From Carcharhinus amblyrhynchos (taxonomy: Eukaryota): a stretch of 64,000 nucleotides of DNA. The stretch spans positions 23,870,001 to 23,934,000 of the forward strand of contig OZ336876.1 of NCBI GenBank assembly GCA_965287045.1, in the 5' to 3' direction. This document shows, in pieces, positions 1 to 14,172 of the stretch; position 1 is the first letter of the stretch, and each line of letters begins with the position of its first letter. The notes under the pieces are model-generated. The model did not search any database. It saw only the letters and a list, made by a program, of their open reading frames with translations, and was not told the DNA's origin. Made by a program: the position numbers and the translations under genes.

Positions 1-920
1 ATGCCCCACACCTTACAGTATCTTGTATCACATTTTATTCACACTTATTCTCCAAGAGGACATTTATTCAAACTTCAAAAGAAATTGAACACAGCTAACA
101 TCATTCCACCTTCCAAGGGCTTCTAATTTGAAGTCATTTTAACAAATCATGGCCTTTACAATATTCAGGATAGATGCACGATGAATATACAGAAGTCCTT
201 GGTGATCCTCAGGACTCTGGGAAATGCAATAAGTTCACTTTATCCTTAAAGTATGTTTATACACAATCTCCAGCCTAGAATGAAAGCTTGGGATATTTTA
301 AGCCTTGGGCCTGTCATCTACCTGTCAGTGACCAGCTGCTAGTAAGTGATAAAGTCATGAGAAGGGGTATTTTTGGAGGTTTTTACAGGGGAGGGAAAGG
401 GGCAAGCCTGGGGCTGAGGAAACCACTATCTTCCTTATAGGAACCAAAGGAGTACTCCTGCTAATATTTCTGCAAAGGAAAAATTTACACTACTTTAGGA
501 GGGCTTCTTCTGTTCATAGGCCCACTTCAGGCTTCTGACACAGAAGGGCCCCAGTTCACATAAATTCATCTCTTTATGCCTTTGGAACCCTGATGGTTGT
601 GGTCAGAAATGTTGCAAAAAAGGCTGGAACGAGTGGGTAAGTACCAGACTTATTTCCAACTGTCCACTTACCTGGTTTCCACGGGGTATTTGGCCCAACT
701 AGTCTATGGACAGAATCTTGTGCCCTCTCGAGTGGCATGTTTGGAGGGAAGTGGACATTTTAATCAGGAAGGAAGATGGTGGGAGAGTACCAAACTGCCT
801 GCCCATCTCTGTCATATTAAAGTCCAGAGTGGGAAGGCCTCCACCAATTGGGGTCTTTACGTGGACAATTAATGACCATTTTAAGACCTCATCTTGTTGC
901 CGCTAATATTAATGTGGTTA

Positions 921-1527
921 CCATAGAACCATAGAATTTCTACAGAACCAAAGAATCTCGAGTCTGCACTGACTCCCCGAAAGAGCACCTCCTGCCCATC
1001 CCCAAAATCCCATGCATTCACCATGGCCAATCTACCCAAGCTGCACATCCGTGGACACGAAGGGCATGGTCAACCTACCTAACCTGAACATCTTTGGATT
1101 GTGGGAGGAAACCAGAACACCCAGAGGAAACTCATTCAGACACAGGGAGCATGTGCAAACTCCACACAGACAGTTACTCTCCAGTGGCGCTGCTGAGTAA
1201 TGAGTCATAGAATCGGAGTGCAGAAAGAGGCCACTTGGCCCATCGAGCCTGCACAGACAACAATCCCACCTAGGTCCCATCCCCGCAACCCAATGTATAT
1301 TTACCCTCTCAATACCCCTGACACTAAGGGGCAATTCCACATGACCAGTCAACCTAACCTGCACATCTTTGGACTTTGAGAGGAAACCGGGGCACTCAGA
1401 GGAAATACACACAGATATAGGGAGAATGTACAAACTTCACACAGACAGTTCACCTGAGGCCGGAATTGAACCCGGGTCCTTGGCACTGTGAGGCAGCAGT
1501 GCTAACCACTATGCCACCATGCCACCT
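921..1527 (-). mobile_element. Two adjacent HE1-type tRNA-derived SINEs (921-1175 partial; 1203-1527 full)
   Basis: Minus-strand head gtggcatggtggcatagtggttagcactgctgcctcacag..gggttcaattcc (A/B boxes); CR1-like tail ..gattctatg. Confidence 0.85.
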
Positions 1528-4500
1528 CGGATTAGCTGGTATCTCTCGGTGGGTGAGACTTTACACCTCTACCACCCCATTCTCCCCTCTCTTCTCCAAG
1601 CATCCTTGATCCTGGGGAAGGCCCATTAGTGCTTGGTTAAATGTCTGATTGGGATTTGATGCCCTGGGTCCTCCCCAAAGGAGTTGATGTAGGGCACCTA
1701 CTGCTTCTCCAGCTGGCAGATGAGCCCCCTGTCATTTGCATTAAATACTGCTTGCAGTGCTTGTGCCAAATGTGCATGCTGCCCATGTTGTTCAGTACCA
1801 GTGAGAACAGTGACTATTTATGATCCCCGCGTCCAAAAACTGGGATGAGGAACTTCGAGCCTTATGTTCTTCCGAAAGTAAGTAAAAACAAAAAATATTG
1901 GCTATACAAATAAAATACCTCATCTAGTACAATCACAGTGATCTTCTTCAGTGAGTGCAATGATAGGAAATTCACCTTCATGTTTAATCAATAATTGCTA
2001 TGTCAATAGGTTCATTATTAGTAAATGATGAAATGCATTGATGTTTCTCAGCTTATATTTCAGCTCAATGACCAGTTGTGTTAATCAAAGATATGAAGGA
2101 CTCTGCAGCTGCTGTCCCTTACATTGTCGGTCTGTATTGGTCAGTTAATTCTTGATTTTTAAGATGACTCGTTCAATAAATTGACAGCAGACTATTCAGA
2201 AAGTAAGGGTTGTTTCGACAAATAACAAATGAGTTCACAATACCTTCTGGACTCATTTAAATCATCATCATCTGTCAAAAAAAAGCAATCTGCAAAGTCA
2301 GATCACCCACAAAGGAATACGCAACTCAACGGAAAGATTTTATGCTGCACTCGGTTACAAATGCGCATATGGATTGTAATGGACCTTTGCAAATAAATGC
2401 TGACTTAAGCTTGAAAATAATCTTCACCCATCAAATAAAAAGTCATTTACAAATTCAGAAAAGTCCACAAAGAACCTTGTGCCACTCATTTGTTGATCGA
2501 TTTTGTCAATCACTTGATGAACGCCTCCATGAAGTATGACAAAGTAGATGAAACGAAACTGGCAGTCAATTCTTATTGGGAATGTTGAAGTTACTGGTCG
2601 CAGTTATGCAGGGAAAAAAGATAATTGGGGTTTTTATTGCTCTTCTTGATCAAATTGTGAACGTTACTTTTATCTTATTGTTGGTTCAGTAGTTTCAAAG
2701 GGTGGGATTCTCCAGCCGAGCACCCGGAAACTGGAAATTCCCACCCGAGGTCAATGTAATCCGCAGAATATTCTGACCCATCCGCTATAATTCCTGCACT
2801 GGGTGGGACAGGAGATTTCTGGCCAACGATTTGTTCGTTTTTGTATGTGTTATGATATTGTACCATTGCTGAACATCATACATAAATTAAAAAAAAACTA
2901 CAAATCATCAAAGATCACAATCAATGTTTGGAGAGGATCTGACACAGGAATCTGCACTGGGAATTAATTTCCAAATTGCACTTTCCTAATTTTGAAAGTG
3001 TTGCTTCCCAGCAATGGTAGCCTGATATTGCATGGTATTCTGCATCATTTTACACATTGTTACAATCTCATCGGAGACCATTAACTTTTAAAAATAAATA
3101 CATAATCCCAGCTATTTACAAATAAAATGAAGCCATGGTTTTAAACCTAAGATTTTTGTAACCCACAGGAATCACCAAAACAAGCACTATACACTATTAT
3201 CTTACACTCAACTCCAGTAATAATGAGTTAAACATGAATTTACAGGCAAATTTTGGTTGAATATAAACTATGAATTGTGCATTTAATGGTACAATTAAGA
3301 CAGATCTTATGAATTAGCTGAGCACTTCACTCAGATTTTGGTGATAATATTCAAAATCTTTTAAACTCAGTGGCTGCAGCAGTTTTCTTTCTACCTCTAC
3401 CAGCTTCCGACAGGGATGGGCAGTCTGGATGTAGCAGCAATCTGCAAGAAGACAATACCCGTATACTGTTTCAGAGAAGAAGGACAGCAAATATTCAAGC
3501 GGCTGACAGAAGACGCATCTACATTTCATATGGTAGTAAGTGCTCTCAAAAGATACGCTTTTTGCTTTGACCCAATGTAATATCGAATGCTCCCAAGCGC
3601 CACCCTGCTGGGAATCTGAGGAGCTCCATTGAGGGATTCTTCTTATCCATGGTGTGTGTGGGGAGCGGGGGAAGGTAACCATGTGTTAATAGGGGGAGAT
3701 TCCCCCATGTCTGTGGGGTATGTTTCTCTTTGTGCATGTGAGGGCAGAAGGGGTCACCATGTGCATGTGGAGGGCTCTTGTTTTGATCTTGGAAATCGAG
3801 GCATCCTTTAAAAACGGCCCCACCCATTCGAGATTCCTTACATTTCTGGCTTTTCCCACCCCCGCCTCAAGAGTTGGCAGTGTGGACAATGCCTGCAGGA
3901 TTTTTCTGTATGGAATGCTGCACCATGTGGTGAGAAAAGCCAGCGAGCTGTACACTGTACACAGAGCCAGTACTCTGCTGAAAATGGAAAATTCTGCCCA
4001 GTGATTCTGCCAGTTTCACAAAATTTGGGATGGTTGCCAGTTGCATTTTGCCCTGAGGTGTCACAGGAGCTGAAATGACTAGAAAGCAGATAGTATCATC
4101 GAGCACATCAACTCATCACCGTGGATATCAAATCTAGTCCATTGCACGACACAAAAATTGCAATCTTAAACTGTGCGTGGATTTAAAACTGTCAATAAAG
4201 CTATCATACCAGACAAGAATCCACTTCCTACAATCCTTGAACTGTCAGCATCATTTTCAGTCTGAACTGGCTCTGCCACAAATAATGGCATTAACCCTGC
4301 AAAGTTTTGATCACGCGAATGCAATGGCAGACTGAACAATGAAAGCAAGCTTTTTTGTATGGAGCACACAAATTATGGCATAACTTCGTCATTAAAGTTA
4401 CAGGAAATAATGGATAATGTGCTAGTGTGTATTGTAACCACATTATTATTTTAGCACAACTAATTTTCTTCTTCCAAAATGAAAAAAGCAAGGATTCCTC

Positions 4501-4636
4501 TTAGAACCAGACTAAAATTAAAGCGTTGAATTTCCTAGCATGTTTACAGGTCTCTATGGTATTTTTAGCTGTACAATATTATAATGACTGTGTAATCCTG
4601 CCAAAGCTCATAATGAAAAATTAAAACATGCCAGAA

Positions 4637-5100
4637 TTACAGAACTTTTACAGTGCTGGAGGAGGCCACTTGAACAGTCGTGTCCATACCAGCTCTCCAC
4701 GTGAGCAATGCACATAGTGCCATTCCCTCATTTTCTCCCCATAATCCTGCATAGTTTTCATTTTCAGATAAAAATCCAGTTCCCTCTTGAATGACTGGAT
4801 TGAGCCCGCTTCCACCATACTCTCGGTCAACGCATTTCAGATCTGAACCACTTGTTCCATGAAGGTTTCTCCTCATGTCTCCATTAATACTTTTGCAGTT
4901 ATTTTGAATCTGTGTCCTCTGGTTCTCGATCCTTCCATCATTGGGAACAGTTATTTCCAATCTACTCTGCCCTGACTCCTCATGACTTTAATACCTCAAT
5001 CAAATATCCTGTCAACCTTCCTTTCTCTGAGGAAAAAAACTAACTTCACCAACCTATCTCCAAAATTGAAGTTCTTCATCGCTGGAACCATTCTTGTGAA
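4637..5100 (-). mobile_element. Degenerate CR1 3' fragment
   Basis: Tail ..agttctgtaattc on minus strand; VEAGSIQSFKRELDFYL motif. Confidence 0.7.
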
Positions 5101-5177
5101 TAAGGGTAGCTAATTTCTATTTTCCACTCAAAATGTTGTACACCTAGACATGAATTAAATCTGTGTTTATACATTAC

Positions 5178-5372
5178 CATTGCAAGAAGGGAGAACTCTA
5201 TTCCAGACTGGCTTTCCATCCTCCCCAATGATGCATGTGATTGTAGCAACATTTGCTAACTGGTAGCCAGGATCACAATGATAGGTAACAGTGGAACTGA
5301 GTTTAAAATCCAAGCCAATGCGTGTCCCATTCATTATGTTCCCAGGGTCAAAACATGCTTCTCGTGGTTTCT
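5178..5372 (-). CDS. CSMD1: CSMD1 coding exon (Sushi domain, ~Sushi9; ~human exon 30)
   Basis: (E)KPREACFDPGNIMNGTRIGLDFKLSSTVTYHCDPGYQLANVATITCIIGEDGKPVWNRVLPSCN; ttttatag|AG acceptor, G|gtaatg donor; 195 nt, phase 1-1; KPREACFDPG favours CSMD1 over CSMD2/3. Confidence 0.95.
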
Positions 5373-6634
5373 CTATAAAAAAAAAGCAAAACATCACAAA
5401 AGGGAAACATTTTAATTGAATGGAAATTAACAAACAACTAAAAACTTTAAATATTCAGTTGTTCATGTTATGGTCTCAGCTGATGTTAATACTGGACAAG
5501 TCAGATCCCAGAATAAAACCTGGCTTGATACATTCTCACGTTTTTATGAGAAAACATGAAATAAAGTTACTGAACAAATTCACAGGAGTCTGATGAACTT
5601 TTTAAAACAAAGAATAAAACAATTATTAAACAAGAAAAAAAATGAACTGTATTACACCAAAAAAAAGAGTTGGAAAGATTTCAAATCTCAACGCAACAAA
5701 ATGATTCAATCACACATTCCTTCAGCCCAGCAACATCTGTACAGACATATAAATTTGGAAAGAGAAAACAATTCACAATCATCTACCTTATAACCAATAA
5801 TCAGTGTCTGAGGCGCATACAAATTATCAGACAAGCTGTGGTCAAACACCACACACCTAAGTAAATACCAGATGCAACCAAAGTAGATTCCCTGGATGTC
5901 TTAACAGTTCACCTAGACATTCGTCACATCATAAGCCAACCAATTTCTGAAACCTTGACTTGTGTGTGACATTTTCAATCCTTACTTTTGAAGAACAAGC
6001 CTTGGGATTCTCACCAAATGTCGCTCGCACTGGGGTGTGTCTGATAAGGATCTACCCCCAGAGTTTCAGCTTGCCTTCTGAAATTCCTTTCTTCTGGATC
6101 TCTGAGTACACTCATACTTCACCTTCCAAGACAATCTCAGTTCTCCGGTTGTGCCAAGCAGAGCTCCATTGCTCCAAAAAGTCACCAACCTTTAGCTGCT
6201 TCCTCCAATCTTCAGGGCTTTTCTCAAACACTTTACATCTGGGGCCACGTTCTAATCCCTGTCTTTGCTTCTGCCTGGGACTTTTTTCTGGGTCCTCTTT
6301 CCATCCCACTCACTGGTCTGGGACTTGCTCCCTGTCCTTTTCCCAGTATCCTGTTCCCTGGGATGCCTTCTGTCAAATGGTGCGATGGTCCAGATCACCT
6401 AACCTGCACTTTAGTGCCATCTCACTTCCTCTGTTCTGCACAGGTGGACAGGGCTAGTTCCTTGCCTGAAGGATGGCAAAAAACACCACCACTTCTCAGT
6501 TGATTCATGCACAAAAGCCCTGAGGCCCACTGGAAACTGTACTTCCTAAACTGTTGATTCAAAACCACAGTAAGTGTCGGATTTTTTTTCATTAACTGCA
6601 GACTCTGGAGGAATGGCTCCAGTGGACAAGGATT

Positions 6635-6972
6635 AAACATATGGACATAACTATGCAGAGCAGGAGTTGGCCAGTTAGGCCCTGAAGCCTGCTCAGCCAT
6701 TTGGTTAGTTGATGCTTGATCTGACTGTTGCCTCAGCTCTACTTTCCGGTCTACTCCTATTCCTTTGAATCTATTTCACTCAACCTTTAAATGTTCAATG
6801 GCCCTCATTTTACTGTAGTCTGGGGAAGAGAATTCCACAGATTAATGATCTTCCAAGAGCAAACAGTTGTCATCTCCATCTTAAGTGATAAACTCCTTAT
6901 TTTTAAACTGTGTCACTTGAGTTTGAGTCTCTCCCCACAAGGAGAAACATCCTCTTAGCATCCACCCTGGAA
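6635..6972 (-). mobile_element. Degenerate CR1 3' fragment
   Basis: CR1 3' UTR (ggagttggccagttaggccc on plus strand) and end of ORF2. Confidence 0.65.
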
Positions 6973-7599
6973 CGTCAATGTTCCGATCTGACCACCTGCC
7001 CAATGTTTCCTCATGAGATGACACAACCACCACTGCTCCTCTCGCCAGCCTCGCACCCTGCCAGTTTATTTCACTCCAACTGGGTTTAGATAGCTCCCCA
7101 CTTCCGGGAGCTAGTGGTCCGACCCTATTGGAGTGAAGAGGGAAATTGCACCACCACCCACCGCCTGCCCCCTAGACATGGCTTCTCTGGCAGTGCCAGC
7201 TTGTGCCCCCAGCACTGCCCAAAGGACACCGTGTCAGCGCTCAGGGGACACCTTGGCATTGCTCATCAGGCATGAGGCAATGCCAAAGTGGCAATTGGTG
7301 GGGGGGTGTCAGTTTCACTGCCGCTCTGCATTGGGATTGATGATGGCAAGTGGGAGACCAGCAACCAGGGCGGGCTGGGGGTTGGTCAGCTGGGGGATCA
7401 CGATTAGCCTGCCAGGGGAGGTTGGCACTGCGGGTGACTGGGGACTGGAGATCGGGGCAGGCCTGACAGGGAAGGGGTGACCTGCCAAGTGATGTACAAA
7501 CTCCGACTACCTTTATCAATACTTTTGGATCGCTTTCACTCATAGTGTTAATTTTTCCCTGTTATTTTTAGCCACTTTTTGCTGTTGGTTAAATTCTGT

Positions 7600-8400
7600 C
7601 CCATCATTTGACCTGCCATAAATCTTTGCAGAACTGTACGATTTTTCTTTCAACTTGATACTATATTTCACTTTCTCAGTTAGCTGTGGATTGTGCATTC
7701 TTCTCTCCTTCTTCTCCACTCTTCTCCTCTTCTTCTCACTGGAATGTATCTTTGCTGAGTGTTATGAAATAGCTCCTTAAATGTCTGCCTCTGCATTTCT
7801 AATTTTCTACCTTTTAACCTAATTCCCAATTTCATTTTAAGCCAGCTCTCTTTTCATAGTTCAGCAATTGTTTTAATTTAAGTCTCAAATACTAATCTTA
7901 GACCTGCTTTTTTCACCCTCAAGCTGACACAAAATGTAATCGTGTTACAATCACTGCAACCTTGAGGCTCCTTTACTACAAGATCATTAAATAACCCTGC
8001 TTCATTGCACATTATCAGGTCTAATATAGCGTGCTCACTGGGTGACTCTAGAACATGCTGCTCCAAGAAATTGTCTGTAAAACACTTTAAAAACTCACAT
8101 TCGCCAATCTGATCTGTCCAATCGACATGTAAATTAGTATCGTTATTATTATTGCAGTACCTTTCATACAAGCTCCCATTATTTCTTCCTGTATATTCCA
8201 TCCTATAGTGCAGTTACTGTTCGGAGACCTATAAGCTGCTCCCACAAGTGACTTTTTACCTTTGCTGTACCAAAACCACCTAAACCTCTTCTACATTTTG
8301 ATCTTTAGAACCACGATCTCTCCCAGTCTTGGACTGTCATCCTTAATCAACAGAGACTCCCAACATCTTTTCTGAGATTTCTAACCTTCTGAAATGTCAA
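7600..8400 (-). mobile_element. Degenerate CR1 ORF2 endonuclease region
   Basis: EFLKCFTDNFLEQHVLESPSEHAILDLIMCNE..GCSDCNTITF resembles the CR1 APE endonuclease C-terminus. Confidence 0.7.
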
Positions 8401-8745
8401 GTAGCTTGAATAGTATAAATAATGCATGGTTGCTTCAATTAAACTTGATTTGTATTTAGAAAATGGTACAAATCCGGGTAAATATGGCAGTAGTGTCACA
8501 TCCAAACATGGTTTTCCTATTCTTCATAATCTCGAAATAAAATGTAACCTCCAGAAGCTGACAAATACTTACGTTGACATACAAACATTTAAGAAATTGA
8601 AATCAGAAGTGTTTGTAGAGATGAGGAACTGAAATTTGTTTAAAACACAAGATTTTTTCCAACAACCCACTTCTTTTAAATGAATATACTTCAAATGGAA
8701 GTTGCTGCTTAAAGTTACGGGATCTAAAGATGGGTTCAGCATTTA

Positions 8746-9051
<306 letters not shown>

Positions 9052-9656
9052 TTAGCGTGCCTTTGCAGCAACGTACAAGGCTGTAACTTCCAATCAAGTG
9101 GCAACTAAGTTGGGTACATGCTCTGCTCGAAAATGCTTATGTTGAAATCCAGCCAATCCTAGCTCACTTGACCTTCCTGCTCAGGCCGGCCAAGACCAGG
9201 CATTGGAATGCACCTCCGGGCCTGCATGTCAAGGAATGTAGGGTCAAAGGTGAGTAAGTCATGGCTTCTTTTTATAGCACGAGTTGCCTTAATCCAGGTA
9301 AGTTTAAAAGTCCAGCCAGATTTAAAGGTCTTTGACAAGGTAAGTGTACAAGATAAGTGGGTAGAACTTGTGGGGGAGTTTGGGCCAGGTCTTAGGAGCA
9401 AAGTGGTGGGGAACATGGGGGTGGGGGAGCGAGCCTTGGGGGATTTGACGTGTTTGGGGGCTTGTGGTGGGCTCGTGGGAGTGTCGATGTGGTTCTGTAC
9501 AATCATTACCCAGAAGCTAAAAGTGGTTTAAATTCTTTTAACTTTCCTAGGTAACAACTGATGTTAAAATCATCCAAAGTTGGTGACTTAAATCACATTA
9601 TTCAGGTTGTTCCCAATGCAGGGTAATTGCTAATTGAAAATTTGCACCTTCCAAGT

Positions 9657-10008
9657 ATTTTTTTTAAATTAATTCATGGGGTATGGGCAGCATTTATTGC
9701 CCATCCCTAATTGCCCTTGGAGGGCAGTTGAGACTCAACCATATTACTGTAGCCCTGAAGTCACATGTAAGCCGGACAAGTAAGGACGGCAGGTTTTCTT
9801 CCCAAAAGGACATTCGTGAGCCAGATGGGTTTTTCTGACGATTGATAAAATGGTTTTATGATCACCAATAGATTTTTAATTCCAGATTATTTTCATGGAA
9901 TTCAAATTCCACCATCTGCCATGATGGAATTTGAACCCGGGTTCCCACAGCATTCACTGAGTTTCTGGATGAATAGTCCTGCAATAGTACCACTCGGTTA
10001 TCACCTCC
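9657..10008 (-). mobile_element. Second tRNA-derived SINE family
   Basis: Minus-strand B-box gggttcaaattcc; tail aagggcaattagggatgggcaataaatgc; homologous to 38835 and 62313 copies. Confidence 0.75.
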
Positions 10009-10190
10009 CCATTACTGTGCAAATCTTACCTGGGGACCACTGGAGTGGGGGAGCGGGGGATATTCCCCATTCCATCTTTAGGGTCCCCCACCCCACGCAC
10101 CACAGAAATGACATCCCGGAACTCAGAAGTTATAACCTATGGAATGCAATTCTGCAGCATGATATTGAAGTGAGAAAGACTTTGGAGTTA

Positions 10191-10457
<267 letters not shown>

Positions 10458-11039
10458 CTATGTAGTATTCACCAAAAGACTGTTTAGAACAGCATCATTG
10501 ATAGCAAAGCACATAAAATTACCCGAGGGCTTTATGTCAACCGGGTCCCTGTTATTTCTCGTTTCTCTTTTACGCCAAACATAGTTCCTTACATGCACTT
10601 CTGAAACACTGCCACTTAAAGCTACTGCTTTACTTAGGGGTGCCTGCAGGCACTGATGCAAGAGAGGTACAAGAAGCAATTATGCTTCATTTGTGCTTGC
10701 AAAGGTTGTATCTGCCAAAGTGGTGCCAAAGCAGCTTCCCCTGAAACAGGGAGAATCACAGCATATGACAAAAAGCATTACGTGCTTCTCAGCTGTCTTG
10801 CAGCACTCCACATCGCACAGAAACTCAGAGCACGCAGTGCAGACAGTGTGTTCCACCTGGTTGCACACACTGAAATCTAATTATTGACACATTTCTACCT
10901 GTAAAACAGACCATTTTTAAACACACTGTGGCCTGTCACCATAACCCATTCTGCTTTTTGTAATCCTGGATAGCACGCTTCTTCACAATGATCTTGTTAG
11001 AAGTGATCAAATTCATCAATCACCTCATGATTTATTAGG

Positions 11040-12375
11040 CAAGTGTGCTGTATGCCTTCTTGACTACCTTATCCAGCTGTGTTGCCACTTTCAGTGATCG
11101 GTGGACATGTGCGCCCAGATTTCTGTCTGTCACTACTCCTAAGGTTCTACCATTTACTGTATAATTCCTTCATGTATCGGACCTTCCAAAATGCATTACC
11201 TCACATTTGTCCGGATTAAACTCCACCTGCCATTTCTCCGCCGAAGTCTCCAATCATATTTTGCATATTTTGCTGTATCCTCTGACAATCCTCTTCACTA
11301 TTCTCAACTTCACTAATTTTTGAGTCATCTGCGAACTTACTAATCAAATCAGCTACATTTTCCTCCAAATCTTTTAAATATACTAGGGTGCGGAAAAGAT
11401 TGACCAGGATGTTGCCTGGTATGGAGGGCATTAGCGATGAGGAGAGGTTGGAGAAACTTGGTTTGATCTCACTGGAATGATGGAGGTTGAGGGCGACCTG
11501 ATAGAAGTCTCTAAAATTATGAGAGGCATGGACAAAGTGGATAGTCAGAATCTTTTTCCCAGAGTGGTAGAGTCTATTACTAGGGGGCACAGGTTTAAGG
11601 TGCGAGGGGCAAGGTTTAAAGGAGATGTATGAGGCAGATTTTTTATACAGAGCTTAGTGGGTTCCTGGAACTCGTTACCGGGGGTGGTAGTGGAAGCGAG
11701 TACGATAGTGACTTGAGACATCTTGACAAATACATGAATAGGATGAGAATAGAGGGATATGGTCGCTGGAAAGGTAGGGGGTTTTAATTCAGTTGGGCAA
11801 CATGGTTGGTGTAAGCTTGGAAGGCCAAAGGGCCTGTTCCTGTGCTGTAATTTTCTTTGTTCTTTGTATTGCTACCTTCTGTCTTCTATGCTCAAGCCAG
11901 TTTTGTATCCATCTTGCCAACTCTCCTCTGATCTCAGATGACTTCGCCTTTCATAGCTTGTCAAAGGCTTTACTGAAGTCCATACAAAGAACATCCACTG
12001 CCTTTCTGTCATCTATCATCTTTGTCAGTTCCTCGAAAAACTTGATCAAGTTAGTAAAGCACGACCTCCCCTTCACAAAATTATGCTCTCACTAATAAGT
12101 CGACTTGTTTCCAAATGTGAGTACAACCTGTCTCTAAGTCTCTTTTCCAATAATTTCTCTGCCATTGACATAAGGCTCACCAGCATATAATTTCCTGGAT
12201 TATCCCTGTTGTCCTTCTTAAACAATGGAAAAATATTAGCTATTCTCCAGTTCTCTGGAACTTCACCTGTGGCCAATCAGGATACAAAGATTTCTGTCAT
12301 GGCCCCAGCAATTTCCTCCCTTGCCTTCCTCAGTATTTGGGGGTAGATCCCATCAGACCCTGGGAACTTATCTAT
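11040..12375. mobile_element. Composite CR1: minus-strand ORF2 pieces (11040-11385, 11868-12375) around a plus-strand 3' end (11385-11867)
   Basis: ISKFADDSKI and PENWRIANIFPLFKK..PGNY on minus strand; plus strand RLRGDLIEV-type region and tail ttttctttgttctttgt. Confidence 0.85.
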
Positions 12376-12539
12376 GATGGAAACAACACAGCAAAACGTC
12401 TGTACTTTATGGAAGAAAATTGAGAGTAAGTGGAACTTATGTTGTAGAATAGCTGATTAAAATGCAAGGCATGCCTGTTAATAATTGTTGGGGAAAATTA
12501 GATGGGGCTACATTTCAGTTTCAGTGGGGTTGCAAAATA

Positions 12540-12700
12540 TGTCAAGATCGTGGAACTTCCTTGCTAACAATACTATGGGTGTACCTACACTTCATGGACT
12601 GCAATGATTCAAGAAGGTAATTTATCACTGTCTTCTCAAGGGCAATTAGAGATGGACAGTAAATACTGACCGAGCCAGCAATGTTTGCATCCCATAAATT
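12540..12700 (+). mobile_element. LINE 3' end sharing the tail of the second SINE family
   Basis: ..cttctcaagggcaattagagatggacagtaaatactg.. matches the SINE tail but is preceded by LINE ORF2-end-like sequence. Confidence 0.5.
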
Positions 12701-14172
12701 AATTGTGGTGATTGTCCCTTTAAGGGCGATACTGCAGATGATAGTCACCTAGCTTGGGGGACCAACTGGGACGAGAGTGGTTAATCACCCCAGAGGTTGA
12801 AGTCCTCTCTTTGGCAACAGATACCTAGATGATTAGCCTCCGTATAGTTTCTCTTTATTAATAAATATCCTATGAGTTCCTGACTAATTCCATGCCAATG
12901 CATCATTATGGGAATTTTCAAAATATATGGAATTGAATCAACCAGCCATTATACAACCTGTTTTCATTTCCATTGATTTCAATGGGTAACCAGTCTGTCA
13001 CGACCAATTCTGTACATCCACCGAAATTAAATTTTACTCCCTTGCTGTTTGTCAAACCTGCAGTTAGGGGACTCAGGTTATATCTGAGATGAATTTTGTC
13101 CTCAGGCAAGTGGAAGTGTCAAAAGCCTGAATCCAGAAATGGCATCCTGATCATTCTTTTTTTAAAAGCTTCATATGTGCTTTCAATTTCAGGGATCCTT
13201 TGATGGTTCCACTTTTTTGCAATACAATAAGAGATTTAGTACCATTCAGAACTGCTCATAAATTGTACGTTTGATGTTCCTGGGGATTTTAGACAAATTT
13301 GTGGTAGCCAGGCTGCAAATCACACGGTGCTGGACACACAAAGGGATTTTGTGGGATTAGTGATAGTATAATACGCCATGCCAATCACTGGTCTGAAAGA
13401 AAATCTCGCCGGATGTCCCCAGCAAACATACATCAATTAGCAGTCTAATGAATGGCACAATGCACCATTCTATGATTGAGCCATGATCATCTCACAAGTA
13501 GAGGCATATAGTTTCAGATGTTTACTTAAGCCAGTGGTGAGATTGGATGGAAAACAAGGAAGTGCTGGCTTCTCACCATGCTCTGCAGGAATCAGAAAAG
13601 ATGCTAGTTAAGTAGGAGATTGTGGGGGTTGAGACAGATTTGGAAATCTTGGCAAGGGTACGGGGAGTTTTGGAGTTGGTGGTACATGGGCCATAGGGGC
13701 AAGTAATCACAAAGTGCTTCAAGAAGTTTGTGTATTGGGCCCAGAGAAAACATTTTTGTTCCTAGTCGTCCGCAAACACAACTATGGATACACTTTCCTC
13801 ATGGATGTGGTTTTTCCCACCTCTTTTTACCTGCAAGGATTCCTCAGCCCCAGGGAACCAAGAGAGAATGGAATGAAAAATAAATCTTGTTCAAATATGG
13901 ATACGCACCCTCTTTACAAGATTTAACTGACAGCTGCCTCCTGAGTTCCATTGGCCATTCACTCCTTGATCCATCTCTGACAAAACTAGGTTTGGGAAAT
14001 TGGCTGGATTGGGTTGGATTTTAACCTCCCACAGGCCTGTCCCTGTGGATCAAATACCTCCCTACAATTCTTATTTTAATTTTCACTGCCATTTCTCACA
14101 AGTTACAAAATAGACAGTGCCCCTGATCTTTCCCTGGAACTTATCCCACTTCTCCATTCCTCCTTCACAGTG

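Noticed and set aside
5467-6630. Possible solo LTR (also ~3000-3580 and ~28960-29740)
   Set aside because: Could not establish TG..CA termini with a TSD or a second copy
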